Source of the DNA: Atractiella rhizophila
Taxonomy: Eukaryota
Length of the DNA stretch: 34,341 nucleotides
Assembly: GCA_021432655.1 (NCBI GenBank)
Contig: MU271220.1
Location: 110,702 to 145,042 of the forward strand
Direction: 5' to 3'
A program made the translations under genes and the position numbers. The notes under the pieces were generated by a model that saw only the letters and a list, made by a program, of their open reading frames with translations, had not been told where the DNA came from and searched no databases. Positions within the stretch are counted from its first letter, which is position 1. Each line of letters begins with the position of its first letter. Shown piece by piece: positions 22,410 to 34,341 of the stretch.

Positions 22410-24373
22410 ATGAAGAAGGCGGCTGGGAAGTTAGCTGGTGGGGTAAAGAAAGATAGGAAAAGGGCTTCAAAAACAAAAGAAGAAGGGAATGTGCAGGACG
22501 ACGCTGTTAGGCATATGTTGGCACTTTTGAACCAGCAGGAGGATGACGGCAAAGATCAGGATCTGGAAATGGAAATGACAGGAGAAGATGATGACGAGGA
22601 CGAGGAGCTGGGAAGTGCTGGAGAAATTGAGGCAACAAGTAAGTCTTTTCCCTTTTCGTATTCATATGCCTAGGCAAGCCTGCCTGCCATGAGCCATGAC
22701 TTATAACGACCCATGTTGTGGCTGTTGACTACTTACTCTCACGGCACATATCCTTGTTTTATCTATTTGTTGAATAAACGTAACCCATTCCAAGATATCA
22801 TCATCGTGAAAAATGTGCGATCATACAGGCTCCTTGTGCAAACCAAATGGAGATCTCATCATCTTTCGTTCTGGTGCTCCTGTGTCGTTCCCGTTCCTTT
22901 ATCTCAGTAAAATGGGAACAAAGATCTTTAGTTCAACATATCTGCGTCCCTGTTTATATTTGCAACCAAGAACAGAGTCATCGAGCGTGTATCGTACATT
23001 TTGACTTTGCTTCAGGCAGTAACATCACTTCAACAAATTTCTGGCCCTTGTAGGGAGCCATATGCTTCTGAATTAACCATTGAGCTTTGGTCGCCCAAAA
23101 GTCACTGTACGAGTAACGTCCGAAATCTTCCATGGTTTTGCTCAAGAGAAAACACCACTATAATATATGACAATGCTAAGAATAACTCGCCAGCTTGTTT
23201 TGGATTTCTCAACCTGCGAAAGTGTTGGCCCTAAAGGTTGAGTTCCATGAGCGCGCAATAGCTGGGTTTATAGCAGCTCTCACGAATGACGTGAACCCTT
23301 AAATGACATAAAGGAGCGTATATCACCATTTTAAAGAACAATCCGCCGTTTTCTGCACGTGAGAACAGGTTGTTTGGGTTCGCATTCTAATAGTCAGTAT
23401 CGGTGTCATTCTTTGCCAGGATATGATTAGCACCGTATGGCGAAGCAACTTGATCCAATGATGTTGGATCAAAGCAACTGGGGGTCACATCTTCATTAGC
23501 AGTGTCCCCAGTTGCTCTGCTTTGTCCTACCCAACGTCAGCGGATGGTGTCTTGTGTATTTATCTTCGCTATCGCAAAACTCAAAACTTAGTTTGTTGCA
23601 ACAATGTTGTGCGCCTTCCTGCAGCGTTCCGGAAAATCAAAGACTCATATGGATTCGCAGATGAAAGACCGTCGCTTCCTTCCACTTCGAAATCAATCCA
23701 ATTGGTCAAACCGAAGCCTAAGCAGGCTACCACAAACCTTTCAGGCCCGATTGTGACATCATTCGTTGATCCCACCAAGTCTTCATCCGGTTTTGACGCC
23801 TCACAGAAGGAATTGAAGAAAGCATTCATGGTTCGCTTTGATTTTATCCACAAGCATCAGTCTTATGTTGTTCCTTAGTCATCAAAAATATCAAAGGTTC
23901 TCGGAGATGGCGCAGAGGAGAATCCCAAGAAGGGTAAGAAGCGGAAACTGGAGGAGGTGGAAGATGCCGAGCTTGAATCACATCTGTCCCAACTGGACGG
24001 TCAGCTCTCCAAACTTCTCGCTCTGCCATCCGAAACCTCCTCCTCCTCCGATCTACTTTCCAAAATACTCGCCGTCCCAACTCCCGACGCTCCGGCTCCA
24101 AAAACACCTCAAAAGCAAGTACACAGTCGCACAATCATTCGCTCGATGGAAGCCCACAAGCACAAGCGAGCGCTCAAGCATGATTCAATGTTAGATCCTT
24201 CGGCGAGCAAGCAGGACAGACAGGCGAAGACTCTGCGGGAGAGGAGGAAGGAACGTGGAGAGGATAAACAGGAAAGGGGGATGAGAGGAGCAGTGGGGAA
24301 GCTGGGAAGGCACGGGTTGAAGGTTTCCATGGAAGAAATTAGAAGGATCAACGGGCCGAAGAAGGCACGATGA
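22410..24373 (+). CDS. Faf1-like pre-18S rRNA processing / 40S biogenesis factor; exons 22410-22638, 23661-23831, 23879-24373
   Basis: Basic/acidic exon 1. The phase-1 donor A|GTAAGT at 22639 matches the phase-1 acceptor CAG| at 23660. KKAFM|SSKI and the C-terminal ERGMRGAVGKLGRHGLKVSMEEIRRING resemble fungal Faf1/DUF4602 proteins (recalled, not searched). Confidence 0.72.
22680..23620 (+). ncRNA. Candidate intron-encoded structured RNA of unknown class
   Basis: Lies in a 1022-nt intron with no credible ORF and at least eight stem-loops, e.g. 23473-23483/23506-23516 (11 bp perfect) and 23450-23458/23464-23472 (9 bp perfect). Confidence 0.4.
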
Positions 24374-24501
24374 TATGTTGGTGTACACGATTGCACTACA
24401 TTTACGATTGCACTCCTGCGAATGATAATTTACATACATTGTTACACATAGCCATTCTTGCGAACACCTCTTGTGGAAAGATACAACGAGTCCATTATTT
24501 C

Positions 24502-27500
24502 TTATTTCAGTCCAAAGCCTTGGCTTTCATCCTGAATACCCCGTAAGTAACGGGACGCTACCAATGGAAGAAAGACGGACGATGGCTCTATTCATTTTTT
24601 CTTCAAATATCTCTCTTGAGGGGTAAGTGGGGAGCGTCAGAAGGTTGAAGCAAGTTCTTGCCTGGGGTAACCTTGTTGCATCTTTGCCATGTACGAGCTT
24701 CATCTGCACTCCGGAAATGCCTGTTTTGCCCACTTAGTCACCGCAGAGGCGAAAGGAAGATAAATCAACCTGTGGCGGGTATCCTGTCACTCCCAGTAAT
24801 AAAAGCGAGCAGTTTTCTTTGTCGTTCAGGTGCCAATTTCCCAAAGAAATCCCAGAAATCTCTGTGGTATCGGGTAAGCATTGCTCTGACCAGTTGCGAT
24901 AAACTTACTCCACGGCGTGAGCATCAAGGGTTGAAAACCCTTCGTGATGTGTTGATGCTCTCAGGTCATGAATGTTTAACTCCTCTATACTTCCTCTATC
25001 GAAACACGATTAGAGATCAGGTCGGCGCGTGGTCGTGCAAGAACGAACCGGATGAGGAGTTCCAACTCCTCCCCTCTCAAAAGCGAAAGCGCTGCACTCG
25101 GTCGCGATACAGAATCAAATCCTCGTTTGAAATGCTCGAACTGATTGACTATTGATTCAGTGAGGATGAAGCTCGTAAGCCTGTCAACGTAAACTGACGT
25201 TGCAACACATCAGCCACATCCAACCGGCAGGATGAGAGAAATGCAAATACATACGCTGTCGATTCTCTTTCGTCACCACAATCTTGTCCCCGTTCTTGAT
25301 CAGAGGCGTGGAGACGACTTCTCCCCAAGCCTCATGTTCTCCAACAAAGGTACGGCAGAATACATCTTCTAGATCATCGTCTTCATAATTTAACAGCTGC
25401 TTCAACCCCCTCGCAAGCCCCGGGTTAAATTGCGCCAGGTCGTCCAGGTCAACTGGGATACCTTTTCAAGCAGAAGGACGTCAAGCTTCCAACTTTTCAA
25501 GAAGGGGAAGGGACGCACCAAGAAGTTTCTTGTAACATCCCTAGCCGATCATAACATCAGAGAAGTGGTTTGCGTGCTCAGTAATACACTGACCAGCGGC
25601 AGTGGTATATCTGCTCGAAGAAATCAGCTAGCAGCTCTCGAGGTACAGACATGAAATGAATTACCAAGAACGCTACAGTTTAGAACTGCTAACCCGATAA
25701 GTACACCAACGAGATAATACTCGTCCGGGCTTTCCATAGTCGCAGGGTTGAACCAGCACCTGAGCTCTCGGCAAATCAAGATCTGTTCAATCTGAGGAGA
25801 AAGAAACAGACAGTCGGGATTCTTCATCATAGGTGAACATGCCAAACTAGTTCTTCCTTCAGGCCACAAACATTTAGCAGAGAAAGCAATGGAACGGACT
25901 TGAGGGTCGAAGAGCTCTCTTGAGATGATAAGGAACCACTCTTTCTTCAGTCCACCTGCATCAATCCCCTCCTCTCCCGAGAACTGGACCTTCAACTGTT
26001 TCCTGAGGTCCAGCTGACTAGCGGATGCAATCTGCAGTTCATAGCCATCTTCAACGTCTCTCTCGTTAGAAAGAACGGAAGCCACCAACCTGATTTATGG
26101 AATCTTGCATCACATGGTCCCTGCGAACTCGTAGCAAGAACACAGGCATGACAAGGCGGCCATGATACATAGTGCTAGCAAGAGCATGCTGTGCATTCCT
26201 CTGGAGTAGAGCTTTCGATTCCTCATTCAGCAAAGACTGTTTTAGGCCCATCGAGAGCAGGAAAGGGTATTGACAGAAGGTAAATTGGCTGTCCCATAGC
26301 AACAGCCGTCAATGCGTGCCGTGAAGGAGGAAGAAAATGAAGGACGCACCGAGGACGATGGGAAAGCCACAGGTTGAAATCTTCCATCATTATTGTCCTC
26401 CCTAACAGATCAATAGCAACATTATAAAATGCGCCAACATCCACACGGTGTCTCTTAAGGTTGCTAGCCCCTGCATATCCACATACAAATCCACAAATCA
26501 TTAGTCTTTACTTCTTCAATCGAATTATGGGCAAAATTAAACGGCACGCACAGAAAAGAGCCATCACCCTGGCTGCTGATCTCACAAACCAACACGCACG
26601 CTGGTCACGGTACATCGCTTTTTTCCCTGAGGGAAGGGAATAGATTGATTCAGCGATGAAGGAGTTCACAAGGTCGATCTTGGATTCGAAAGAAGCAGTG
26701 GGATAGGAGGGGGCAGCGAAGTGTGAGACTTGGTGGTGGTGCATCACGTTCGAGAGGCCGCTGACTCTATAGATTCATGGCCATAAGGGGACTTGCGCAG
26801 GAAACGAGGAAGGATGTTGATTCGGACGGAGGACGATGGAAAGAAACGCACAAACCGAAGAAGCGAGAGAGGATCCGCGTCCTCTTCTCCGCGTCAGGGA
26901 TCATGCTTCTTTGTAGGAGGGGGCACTGTCAGAGCGCATCAGCATCAACATCACTTCATTCCTAGTGAAGAACGAAAGGGAAGGACGCAACAAACGCACC
27001 TCCCACAAAACGATGGCCCACCACATCTTCCCCTCCTTCCCCTCCCACTCCCTAATCGCCCATCCAGGTTTCCTCAAGGCCCAATCAATGCCATCCACCA
27101 CGCTTTCCTTCAACAGCGGCGACACGACAACAAGTGCGTAAAACGTGCGCAGACCATTCAAGTCCAAGTAGGAGTCTTCCTGTCCGGTTGCCTTCGCATC
27201 TGGAGAAGCCGAGGGCGCAGGGAGAAGGAAAGATTTCTGAAGTGCACGCAAGGAGCGAAAGACGGAGTGTACTCGTTTGGCGAAGGCGTCTAGGACAAGA
27301 CCGTCACGGTCCTTCGATGTTGATGTTGATGATATGGATAAGTTCTGTACCCCCAATCCTTCTGCTCGTGACCCTTCTCCTTCTGTGTCTGTTTCTGTTC
27401 CAGTCGCCAAGTCGCTTTGTTGAGATATTGAGTCTTCCTTCGTGCGCGAACGGAGGGTGGAGAGAAGAGAGTCTGGAGTGTCAAACGCGGATGACCAGGC

Positions 27501-28584
27501 GAAGACTTCATCTGATGTCAATGGAGGCACTTCCACATCTATTCCCGTCGTTTCGTAAGAGCACAAAATTGATTGTGCAATAAATGTATCGGAGGAGAGC
27601 GACGCACCGTCTGGACCACGTTCAAGATCCGTGACGGAAAGACAAACGGTGCACCTTCACCCATCTAGCTGTCACCATCAAGGTCAAAGGCACAGACGAA
27701 GACATACTTGAACCTCATCCTCCCTCTATCGTGTCTCAGCATCGTCCCGCACACCAGACATGTCGTTTTAATTTGCTATCCATCACATTGCATTTCAACT
27801 TCTTTCCCTAACCTACCCGCAGCGAGTATTAAATGAGAAGACGCACTGAGCTAGTCGAAGAGCCGTCAAGTTTCCCTATCCCTTCCTCCACTGCAGCGAA
27901 CATTCTCTCCTTCTCCTTCCCCTCTCCCTCCGCCTCTCCCTCTCCCGCTTCTCCCCACGGTCCACTGTTCCCAATGACCTGCTTCCACCAACTACCACTT
28001 CCATTGCTTCCATCCCTCCTCTCCCTTTCCTCGGGTTCATCCATCGAAACAGGCATGGAAACTGGATGTGAAGGAGGGATATGAGGAGGAGGAGGTGCAG
28101 GAGTGCCGAATCCCAAAAACTCTGACAACGCACGAAAGTCGCGCGCGAACCCGTTCCTATCCATCAAGCCCATCGCGAATCCTGAACTCTCCTCTGCATG
28201 TTCTAACGGTTGAGGTGAAGGATGGCGATAGTAAGTCGCCTGCGCCTGACGATTCTGACGAGCATTAGCTTGAGGATAGTGGTGGTATATATCGTAGCCA
28301 TACTGCGGTTGCTGAGTCGTTGACTGTTGAGCAGACACTGGATGAGCGTATTCCTCGTCACCGTTCGTCCAGTTCGAAGGTACGTTTAGGTGTCCAGAAG
28401 AGCTAGAAGAAGATCCTGCGCTGCTTTGGGAGGGAAGAGGTTCTGACACTGCTCTTGTGTTGAAACTAGACGAGGTTGACGGCGGGAGGTTCCACGGTGC
28501 GATTGGTATTGGGCGATGGGCTGGACTGGGTGGATTAGGCGTTAGAGGCCGGTTGGAGCGGGAGGGTGAGGGTGGCGGATCCAT
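24502..28584 (-). CDS. HECT-domain E3 ubiquitin ligase, Hul4/HECTD2-like, multi-exon
   Basis: CLVCGT...KCTVCLS Cys pairs near the N-terminus; FTFCQYPFLLSMGLK; LRVRRDHVMQDS; LRKQLKVQFSGEEGIDAGGLKKEWF; FITGSDRIP; RLPQARTCFNLL (catalytic Cys); C-terminus DESQGFGLK* (TAA 24504-24502). First ATG at 28584. Confidence 0.92.
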
Positions 28585-28777
28585 AGGGGGCAAGGCAGAA
28601 TGGTGTAGGTGTGCTTGCCTGGAGTAGGCAGGGAGGTCGTCGTCTTGGTGGTTGTGCTGATGAATCGACGTGATCGATTTCAACTTCTACTTGAGATCGC
28701 TGAAAAGATAGAACTGAAGCAACGACTTGGGCATGGCACACAAAGGGATACATGCCAATGCAAGAATAAAGATACAT

Positions 28778-30935
28778 CTAAAAACTAGGCAATCCAGCAT
28801 CAAAGTCCTCGCCTGCTGCTTGTCCATCAGCACCACCCTCAGTCCCCCCAGCTTCACCACTAGCAGCGAGCATAGCAGCGATTGCCTGATGCGAATACTC
28901 GCCTTCCACATTGCCCTCCAACTGACCACCCAAATCCGTCTCCATCTCCATTTCCCTTCCCTCTCCGTCCAATCCCAACTCCAACTCCAACAAGCCATTA
29001 TCCTCTCCCGCTCCGCCCTCCACGCCTCCAAGACCTAATCCCTCCAAATAATCGTTTGTACTTTTCCCCACCTCTCGCCTCGCGTTCCATTCGTCCTCCT
29101 CCTCATCCCCTCCTCCACCCCCTAACAACTCTTCAGGTACGACTGGCTGCGCCAGTAAACGTTCAATCTCAGCCAGGTTTGCAGCTTCCGTCGCAGCGTC
29201 CTCGAGGGAAGGCTGCTCCAGTTCACGAGCAAGGGATGAGCCGTAGGTGGACCAGGAGGCGTAAATCCGAGAAGCGAAGAGAGGACCGAAGAGGTTGGAG
29301 AGTCTGTGGAAGTCGGGGGTTTGAGAAGGGGAGGAAGGAGTCGGAGGCTGTTGGTGAGTCGAGTTTGGGAGCAAGGATCTTCGAAGAACATCCTGGTTTA
29401 CATTCGGTTGAGGATCACAAAAGGGAAGGTGAGATGAAATGAGATAAAGACGTACGATAACGGTATCTACTAATCGTTCGCGCTCGTTGTCCTCTTCCCC
29501 TTCCCCTTCTCCATTCTGTTCGCTCTCGAGGACTGTCCCCAGTGCCACCAAGTTCTTTCCCATCCAATTCCGCACAACCTCCCTGCCCAGAGTCTCAATG
29601 CCAAGTACTGCCCCCAATCTAGTCCCAAGATCTCCACTTGTTCCTTCCTCTCTCTCCATTGCTTCAGCTCCTCCAGTTGGAGCAACCAAGGCTCTGAGGA
29701 ATGTCAGCAACAACCGGTTCTTTATGGTCGGATAGAGGGATCCATAGCGTGATAGGAGAGAGGACAGGAGTTGTGCGGCGTGTGTACGTAGATCCCGATG
29801 CGTGAAAGCGCCAACGAGGTTGGAGAGGGGAAGGGAGGAGGAGAGGAGTATGGAGAGGATTGACGGGAGTAGTTGGTGGATGTAAGGGTCTGCAGATAGA
29901 GTAGGGTTTTGGAGAAGGCCGCCGATAAGGGTCAGGATTTGATCAAGGACTGAGAGGTCGTCGAGGGAAGCTGTGACCTTTACATCCATAGATCCATCAA
30001 CACGCCATGCTTGCTAGAATAGGACTCTGGAATACCTCAGAAGCAAACCATCTACAGAAATATGGAACCAATTGTTGGAGGCCATTATCGTTCCTCAGAC
30101 TAGATAGAGCAGCCAGACGCTGCGCAGAGTCACTGGAGAGAGCAGCGGTGGTGAAGCGGGAGAAGTAGAGCTGAAGCTCCTTCGAGAGGGTGTGCCGAAC
30201 TAATGGGCGGACCGTCGTCGCTTGCTCCCGTAGGGCTGAGGTATATGTCGGTTGTGGATGAAGAGCCTTTATATCTGCGCTGCTGGGATTTTGGGGAATT
30301 GAGGGTTGCACACCTTCGATGGCGAGCCAATGAGCTGTTCGTCTGATGTAAGCTAATGGTAGATTGAGAGGATGGAATGACCTGTAAAGCTCACATCCCG
30401 TGGAATGTCGGGTAGCTTTCCCTTCAAGATTTTTGATAGATCTACCTCCTCATCATCGACAACATAAATGTTCCCGTTCGCCGTATTTATGCGCCTATAA
30501 GTGGTTGGCCTCAAACTATTGAAACCCCACAACGGCTGTCCCATTCCATGGCGCATTACCAACCAATACACAATGACAAGAGAAGAAGACAAAGCACACC
30601 TCTATGTTCCTTCCTTTGAGCGCATAATCCACATCCTCCGTTTTCAACTTAGTCCTCTTCGCATGCCGCATATACTTGAGCGATTCCTGCCTCACCCACA
30701 TTCATGAGCACACACCCTTAGTTTCCGTGAAGACAGCACACCTCTATGAGCTCGAAAAGCCGGAATTCCACGTCGTCTGCTATCAGACGAAGGAGCTCTT
30801 GAGGCACGTTCTGAAGCCCCAGTGATTCCGCCGCGTCCTAAGCTCCAATAAACCCGTTCTTTTTCAAGTTTGGAGGAAGAGACAACCCACCCTGACAGAA
30901 TCTTGTGGCCATAAGCCTTCGTTCCTGAATGACAT
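28778..30935 (-). CDS. TAF6: TFIID/SAGA subunit TAF6, multi-exon
   Basis: MSFRNEGLWPQDSVR|DAAESLG...ADDVEFRLFELIE|ESLKYMRHAKRTKLKTEDVDYALKGRNIE (H4-like fold); HWLAIEGVQPSIPQNP; VRHTLSKELQLYF; ALSSLRNDNGLQQLVPYF; PYIHQLLPSILS. Confidence 0.96.
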
Positions 30936-31145
30936 ATCGCTTGATAGCCTCGAGACTCAAATTGTGCGTTCCGTCGTTTGTTGACCATGTTTTAGGGTCA
31001 GGGACTTGGAGGTACCATCGACGACCGCGAAGAGGATTGTTGATTGCTGAAGGGATCAAGACTCACTCATATTTGTAAGTTGTTCTGGTTATGTATGCTT
31101 AGGACCGATGGTTGATGGCTTCTTTGTTAGTGTAATCGCAGAACA

Positions 31146-32905
31146 ATGTCGACCTGGCTGTCGGATCGCCAAAAGGCTGAACTGTAGGTGGTCTGCTCAT
31201 TGCAACGCGTTATTCTCAACTAATGCGTGCCCATGATGAAGAAACAAATCTGTACTCGACTATCTGTCGAATAATGGGTATGGCGAAAGTGCAGAAAGCT
31301 TTAAACGGGAATCCAACCAGGTTCGTATTCCTTACAGGTTGAAGGTGCAGGGATTGAAGACGTTGGGAGCAGGAAGAGTTCGTTGCGGACCCAAACGCGA
31401 AATGGTCAGGCTTACTAGAAAAGAAGTGGACGTCTGTGATCCGGTTACAGAAGAAGATCATGGATCTGGAGTCCAAAATCACGCTCCTGAACTCCGAGCT
31501 CGCCTCACGTCCAGCAGGCGGCGTTACCTCCGGTCCATCCTCGTCATCTTCGCAACTTCTCTTCCTGCCCCGTGCTCCTCCACGTCATACACTCCTTGGA
31601 CACCGTGCTCCCGTGACCAAGGTTGCTTTCCACCCAGTGTTCAATGTGATTGTCACTGCAAGCGAGGACGCGAGTATCAAGGTGTGGGACTGGGAGACCG
31701 GAGAGTTCGAGCGGACTATCAAGGGACATACGAAGAGTGTGAGCGATGTGGACTTTAACAGCGATGGGAAACTTCTCGGTGAGCTGTGCTGCCTCAGAGA
31801 AGGCATGAATACTGCTGAAAGGACGGTGAATAGCATCCTGCTCCTCCGATCTATCAATCAAGATCTGGGACGTAACTGAAGACTACAAATGTATCAAGAC
31901 TTTCCATCACGATCACACTGTCTCTTCAGTCCGATTTCTCCCTCCTCTTGATAGCGCCGTTGTCAGTGCGAGTCGGGACAAGACCATAAGGATCTGGGAG
32001 CTGTCGACAGGGTGCTGCTCTCCTAGTCTTTCTTGAGAGAGAAGTCATTTGATCCGTGAAATGCTGCAGGCATTGTATCAAGACCATTCAAGGACACGAC
32101 GACTGGATCCGCTGTGTTGCGCCGTCGATAGATGGGAGTCGCATTGTTTCTTGCTCAAATGATCAGGTTCGTTCACCCGTCGCCAGCGTTCCATCGCTCA
32201 CCGGTAATTAGACCGCGAAGATGTTCAGTTTACCAGGAGGGGAGAACCGGCTAGAGTTCCGCGGACACGACCATGTTATTGAAGTCTGCGTTTTCGCGCC
32301 TGCGAATTGCAATGCTGCCATCCGAGAGCTTTCAGGTTTGGTACGACATATGTCACCGATTCTCAACCTATGGTCATTCTGATATCGTTCCTAGCCGGCA
32401 GTAAAGACGGCAAAGGAAATCCTAGCTTCCTTTGTCGCCACGGGCTCGCGTGACAAGACTATCAAACTTTGGGACACGACATCTGGCCAATGTCTATGGA
32501 CCTTTGTTCGTCTCCTTCATCGTATCTCTGTGCATAGTATTCATCTTCACGCAGAGCGGCCATAACAACTGGATTCGCGCGCTTGTGTTCCACCCTTCCG
32601 GACTTTACCTCCTTTCCTCCTCTGACGATAAAACGATCAAAATATGGGACCTCAAAACTGGTCGATGCACGAAAACCGTAGAAGCACACGATCACTTTGT
32701 CTCTTGTCTCACTTGGGGAAGAAGGAAATTGTCCCCCAAACCAGGAATTGATGGTGTGAACGGAGACACGGCAGCGGAAGAAGCCATGGTTAATGTCCTT
32801 GCCAGCGGTAGCGTGGATCAGGTTCGTTTCTCCCCCTCGTGGCATCCAAGAAAGATTTTGATGTACCATTCGATGTCGCAGTCGGTTAAAATTTGGCTAC
32901 CATAA
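31146..32905 (+). CDS. PAC1: LIS1/NudF/Pac1 dynein regulator (LisH, coiled coil, WD40 repeats), multi-exon
   Basis: [114 protein letters not shown]. Confidence 0.96.
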
Positions 32906-33457
32906 AACACGAATATTATAAAGCAACTCGCTCGAATTTGGAGCACCTTCGTTTCCTTCGGTGTATCAGTTGATTCGATAAAGTATGTCTGTACCTCTCC
33001 TCTTTCCTTCTGTACAGTAACAGTATCCTCATCGCCCATCAATACCCAGTTCTGACTCGGTTCCTTTGACATTACACCAGTTTTCCTTCCCTTGGCGTTT
33101 CGGATTCTTATTAATACTCATTGAAGATTTGAAGGTAGAGATTTGCTTGATATACCTATAGCATTTGAGATAATCTGACAGCTTTGCTGAGAATCAATAC
33201 TTTTGGATCCATTTACTTGTATCCTACGAAGGGAGATGACTAGCATGCGTACATGAAAGACCTTTTCGCTCCAACTTGACCTCCAAGTCGAATCTAAGCA
33301 CGACGTGAACTACATCTACATAAAATGAAATGCCAGTGCGCGCAGTCGTACCACTTCCAGTTGATATACGACTCGAGACGCGATCTCTTAGGAGCCATTT
33401 CGGCCCACGTTCCTTCTCTTCTCTGAGTACGATTCTTGAAAGGATAATAGCTACCCA

Positions 33458-34341
33458 ATGGCTCACAAGGCATGGGGGACCATTCTCACAGCGGACAGCT
33501 ACGTCGTCGGCTGCTTGATCTTACACTACTCCCTCCAACGGGTCCACACAACCTATCCCCTCATCGTGCTCGCTACTTCCACCCTTTCCTCAAAAGCCAG
33601 AGAGAAAGTGAAAGCAAGGGGTATCGAGATCGTAGATATAGACCATTTCGAGCCTACACGAGCTCACACTTATGGCGTGGAGAGGTTTAGGGACACTTGG
33701 AACAAGTTGGCTGTCTTTCAGCTGGAGCAATTCGAGGTATGTATCTAATTGCTTTCTCCTATCGTCCATTGCTTCGTGCTTAGATGATCGCTGAAAGAAG
33801 GGTTGGCGTAGAGACTGATACTTCTCGATTGCGATATGCTGGTTAGATCGAACATGGATGAGCTGATGAACATCCCTTTAGAAGAAAACCAGATCGCGGC
33901 TTCCTATGCCTGTGCATGCAACCCGCGACGTTTCCCTCACTACCCTAAAACCTGGTGGGTCCCTCCTTCCCCTTCTCCTTCTCCAACAGCTTCTCCCGAA
34001 GTTGATTTGAACAAACCACCACAGGATCCCTGCTAACTGTCCGCACACGCACTCCGAAATCGAGCTCTCTGGTTCTCCAAGACCACCGCCCGTCCTCTCC
34101 CCCACGCCTCTAAACTCAGGTCTCGTCGTCCTCCGTCCGTCGCGAAAGCTGTATCAGGACATAATTCGGTACATCGAGGAGGACGAGAAGGTTCCTTCTT
34201 TCGAGTTTCCGGATCAAGACGTGCTCGCTCACTTTTTCGGAGACGATAATATCGTGCGACTCAAATACGTCTACAATGCTATCAAGCCGATGAGATATGT
34301 GCATCCACGGCTGTGGAGGGATGAGGAGGTCAAGAATGTGC
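33458..34341 (+). CDS. Glycosyltransferase family 8 (glycogenin/galactinol-synthase-like); runs off the right edge
   Basis: AWGTILTADSYVVG; YPLIVL; DTWNKLAVFQLEQFE|RLILLDCDMLV (DxD); CACNPRRFPHYP; LNSGLVVLRPS; FPDQDVL; YVYNAIK. Confidence 0.92.

Noticed and set aside
1..34341. CRISPR array, prokaryotic operon or secondary-metabolite cluster
   Set aside because: Spliceosomal introns throughout, no repeat-spacer array, no PKS/NRPS/terpene core gene; the neighbours are mostly unrelated housekeeping genes.

Overview
Eukaryotic, gene-dense, intron-rich DNA (mostly 45-90 nt GT-AG introns), most consistent with a basidiomycete fungus; the ORF track therefore shows only exon fragments. Manual splicing gives 13 genes: RPB8 (partial, left edge), a large Ras-like-domain + RasGEF protein, an AIF/AMID-like FAD oxidoreductase, inorganic pyrophosphatase IPP1, mitoribosomal bS21m, a Zn(II)2Cys6 transcription factor, a GPI-anchored surface protein with three CBM-like repeats and a Pro/Thr/Asp stalk, mitoribosomal uS8m, a Faf1-like 40S biogenesis factor, a Hul4-like HECT E3 ligase, TAF6, LIS1/NudF and a GT8 glycosyltransferase (partial, right edge). 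The most unexplained structure is a ~1.0 kb hairpin-rich first intron in the Faf1-like gene, a candidate intron-hosted ncRNA. Three 0.5-0.75 kb head-to-tail duplications have diverged like functional alleles and are probably uncollapsed haplotypes. Gene names come from motif recognition by eye, not from database searches.
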